Shown here piece after piece: positions 61,439 through 64,000 of a stretch of 64,000 nt of DNA; position 1 is the stretch's first letter; each line of letters begins with the position of its first letter. The notes beneath the pieces are model-generated. The model had not been told where the DNA came from. It did not search any database and worked only from the letters and a program-made list of their open reading frames with translations. The position numbers were made by a program, and so were the translations under genes. Source of the DNA: an uncultured delta proteobacterium. GTDB taxonomy: Bacteria > Desulfobacterota > Desulfuromonadia > Desulfuromonadales > CAWBQR01. Where the stretch lies: NCBI GenBank assembly GCA_963791005.1, contig CAWBQR010000017.1:29455-93454 (forward strand), written 5' to 3'.

Positions 61439-62326
61439 AAAATACCCCTCTTCATAATCGGACACCTGGGCGAACCACTCGGGGTGTTTTCGCCCTTCTA
61501 CCAGCGCCCGCTCGGCCTGTTGGATGATAGTCTCGCGATCCTTCGGGTAGCCTCCTGCCAGGTGAAGGATGTTTGAGACGTGGTTGGACCTCAGGATGGT
61601 GCGCTTTGGGTTCAGCCCCCGGACGACGGCCAGCGCCTCCTCGAGCACCTCCCCGTTGCTGAGCGGTTGGATGAGCTTGAAATACGCATCGTTGTGCCTC
61701 CGGAACATCGTCAGAAGCGAAAAGTACTCGGGAGACAGGGCGCTGACCCAGCCGGCCGTCGCTGCGGCGTGTTCGGCGCTCCTCTCCCTCCCCGCCAGAC
61801 CGAGGATCGCCGTAACCGACACCTTCATCCCCGCCTCGCGGGCCTTTCGGCAAAGGGTCAACGATTCCTCGGGCTCAAACCCCTTTCGAATGAGTCTGAG
61901 CGTTTCGGCGTCGCCACTCTCCAGCCCGAAATAGAGGATGCGCAATTTTCTCCGTCGGAGCTGTTCGAGGTCCTCCCTCGACTTGGTGGTCAGGCTGTTG
62001 GGCGAGGCATAGGCCCCCACCCGGGTCAGGTTGGGAAAGGTTTCGGAAAGCCGCTCCAGAAGGGCGACCAGGTGATTCTGCGGGCAGACCAGCCCGTCGC
62101 CGTCCCCCAGAAAAATCCGCTGGATATGCGGACGGTGGGCCGGCGGGACGCTGGCTATCTCCTCGAAGATTTCCTCCACAGGCCGGATGCGGAACCGCTT
62201 CATTTTGTACATGCCGCAAAAACCGCAGGTGTTCTGGGAACACCCGATGGTGGCCTGCAGGATCAGGGAGTGCGCCTCGGAGGGTGGGCGGAAGACCGGT
62301 TCGTTGTAGTCGAAATAATAGAACAT
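61436..62326 (-). CDS. Radical SAM protein
   Basis: RPPSEA.SLILQATIGCSQNTCGFCGMY (CxxxCxxC) and GLESGD. Confidence 0.9.
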   Translation of the reverse strand: MFYYFDYNEPVFRPPSEAHSLILQATIGCSQNTCGFCGMYKMKRFRIRPVEEIFEEIASVPPAHRPHIQRIFLGDGDGLVCPQNHLVALLERLSETFPNLTRVGAYASPNSLTTKSREDLEQLRRRKLRILYFGLESGDAETLRLIRKGFEPEESLTLCRKAREAGMKVSVTAILGLAGRERSAEHAAATAGWVSALSPEYFSLLTMFRRHNDAYFKLIQPLSNGEVLEEALAVVRGLNPKRTILRSNHVSNILHLAGGYPKDRETIIQQAERALVEGRKHPEWFAQVSDYEEGYF

Positions 62327-62413
62327 AACCTATCTTAGCAGATTCTACAGCAGACCGACTACCGACAGGACCAGCGCCAGTCGAGTCGCTACGCGCCATG
62401 CCTGGCGCACACG

Positions 62414-62446
62414 AAAAAAGGGCCAGACCTTCCGGCCTGGCCCTTT
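62414..62446 (-). terminator. Terminator after tRNA-Gly
   Basis: AAAGGGCCAG-loop-CTGGCCCTTT plus T-run. Confidence 0.75.
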
Positions 62447-62454
62447 GAAATTTC

Positions 62455-62529
<75 letters not shown>

Positions 62530-62563
62530 TCACTTTTAAAGCCCGCTGTCGCAAGCGGGCATA

Positions 62564-62592
62564 TTAATAACAAAAGGACAGGGGCAAGTCAA
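62564..62592 (-). promoter_or_regulatory. Sigma-70 promoter of tRNA-Gly
   Basis: TTGACT-17 nt-TATTAA. Confidence 0.65.
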
Positions 62593-62631
62593 CAAAAATT
62601 TCGCCCCGAAAGAAATCTCCCTTCCTCCCCC

Positions 62632-63219
62632 CTATTTGGCGATAACCTTAAAGAATTTAACAAGATAGTCGGCACCGGACCAGATCGTCAGGACGAAGGC
62701 AATGTAAAAGAAAAAGATTCCGGCGGTCTGCATGGAGACATGAAAAACCTGCCATCTCAGGCCGAAGAACCAGTAGTAGTCATAGTGCAGCAGCAGGCCG
62801 ATGATAGCCACCATCTGAAAGATGGTTTTGTACTTACCCAGGTCGCTGGCGGCGATGACGATCCCTTCGGAGGAGGCGATGGAGCGCAGGCCCGTCACCA
62901 CCATCTCCCGTGCCAGGATCAGGAAGACCGCCCAGGCGGGAACCCGGCCCAGAGGAATGAGCATGATCAGGGCGGCCATGACGATGAGTTTGTCGGCCAG
63001 AGGATCGAGGAATTTCCCCAGAACGGTCACGACCCCCCATTTGCGGGCCAGCCACCCGTCCAGCCAGTCGGTGACCGCCGCAGCGCTGAAGACCGCTGCC
63101 GCCCAGAAACCGGCCCACCGCGTATCGAAGAAAAGAAGAACCACCAGAACCGGGATGGCGGCGATGCGCCCGAGGGTAAGGATATTGGGCAGGTTGAGAA
63201 GTCCGGAGCGCATGTTCAT
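62632..63219 (-). CDS. pgsA: CDP-diacylglycerol--glycerol-3-phosphate 3-phosphatidyltransferase
   Basis: NLPNILT..R and D.LDG.LAR....T..G..LDP.ADK motif; followed by tRNA-Gly. Confidence 0.96.
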   Translation of the reverse strand: MNMRSGLLNLPNILTLGRIAAIPVLVVLLFFDTRWAGFWAAAVFSAAAVTDWLDGWLARKWGVVTVLGKFLDPLADKLIVMAALIMLIPLGRVPAWAVFLILAREMVVTGLRSIASSEGIVIAASDLGKYKTIFQMVAIIGLLLHYDYYWFFGLRWQVFHVSMQTAGIFFFYIAFVLTIWSGADYLVKFFKVIAK

Positions 63220-63797
63220 AGGTATCGGTCCTTGCCCCGGCGATAGATCTCCAGGTATTTTTTGACCTTCTGCACGTAGCGGCGGGTTTCAGTAAAGGGA
63301 GGGATGCCGTCGTGCTCGGCCACCGCCCCCGGTCCGGCATTGTAGGCCGCCAGTGCCAGGTCCAGGTTTCCCTGGAACCGATCGAGCATTCGCCGCAGAT
63401 ACATGCTGCCGCCGCGGATGTTCTCCTCCACGTTCAGCGGGTCGCTGACGTTCATATCCCGGGCGGTTTCGGGCAGTAGCTGCATGATGCCCAGGGCGCC
63501 CCTGGAGGAGACGGCTCGGGGGTTGAAATCGCTCTCGACCTTGATGACCGCCCGGACCAGCGCCGAATCGAGGTGGAAGGCCGAAGCATAATGCCGGATG
63601 ATGTCTCCCACCCCCCTCCGGCTTCGATGCTCCCGAAGATAGATCTTATAATTGCTACTGGTCGGGGTGTTGGTGAAATGGACCACCCCACTCGGGTCGA
63701 CGTACTTGTATATATCTGCCCGCCCCTTCCCCGCACTACCGAGGATGATGGCCAGGCCGAGCAGGGAGCCGACAAAAAGCGGTCTGGTTCCGCGCAT
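63216..63797 (-). CDS. Lytic transglycosylase (SLT) with N-terminal DUF4124-like segment
   Basis: IYKYVD..G.VHFTN; VIKVESDFNPRAVS..GALGIMQL; ALAAYNAG. Confidence 0.92.
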   Translation of the reverse strand: MRGTRPLFVGSLLGLAIILGSAGKGRADIYKYVDPSGVVHFTNTPTSSNYKIYLREHRSRRGVGDIIRHYASAFHLDSALVRAVIKVESDFNPRAVSSRGALGIMQLLPETARDMNVSDPLNVEENIRGGSMYLRRMLDRFQGNLDLALAAYNAGPGAVAEHDGIPPFTETRRYVQKVKKYLEIYRRGKDRYL

Positions 63798-63875
63798 TTT
63801 CCCTCCTGATGGATGCAACGTTCGAAATATAGCCCAAAAGATCTTGTATTTCAACCTATTTAGCCGGCAAAATTC

Positions 63876-63905
63876 TTGACATTAAGGACCCTGGAAACCG
63901 ATAAT
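63876..63905 (+). promoter_or_regulatory. Possible divergent sigma-70 promoter pointing out of the window
   Basis: TTGACA-18 nt-GATAAT. Confidence 0.45.
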
Positions 63906-64000
63906 GACCTCCGTGTGCGACCCGTGGATGCGCCTCTTTCTTCCCGCGGGTCTTTGTTGGAAGCCCCAAACATTCACAACAGCAAGGGGCGGGCCGAAAG

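Overview
64 kb of a GC-rich, Desulfuromonadales/Geobacter-like chromosome (taxonomy inferred from gene content). Almost all genes are on the minus strand, and several are broken by indels that look like long-read assembly errors. From left to right: the start of a V/A-type ATPase operon, an MCE/Mla lipid-transport operon, tRNA-Glu and tRNA-Gln, a ~30 kb Wzx/Wzy exopolysaccharide (EPS) locus, gltX-amrB-tauE, tRNA-Cys, an ~18 kb redox/pentose-phosphate block, tRNA-Gly, pgsA and a lytic transglycosylase. The most interesting system is the EPS locus (10.8-40.5 kb). It is headed by a sigma-54 promoter and two tandem cyclic-dinucleotide (GEMM-I) riboswitches. One has an unusual C at the ligand-discriminating position; the other has a visible terminator/antiterminator that predicts an OFF switch. 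They precede a secreted Ig/Calx-beta/PL9-lyase protein, which is followed by a duplicated lipoprotein PL9 lyase. The locus also encodes a MiaB-like radical-SAM methylthiotransferase lacking the TRAM domain, two SAM methyltransferases, an ATP-grasp ligase and a FemAB-like GNAT, pointing to a novel, possibly methylthiolated or aminoacylated, polysaccharide. All calls are by eye from motifs; no database searches were run.
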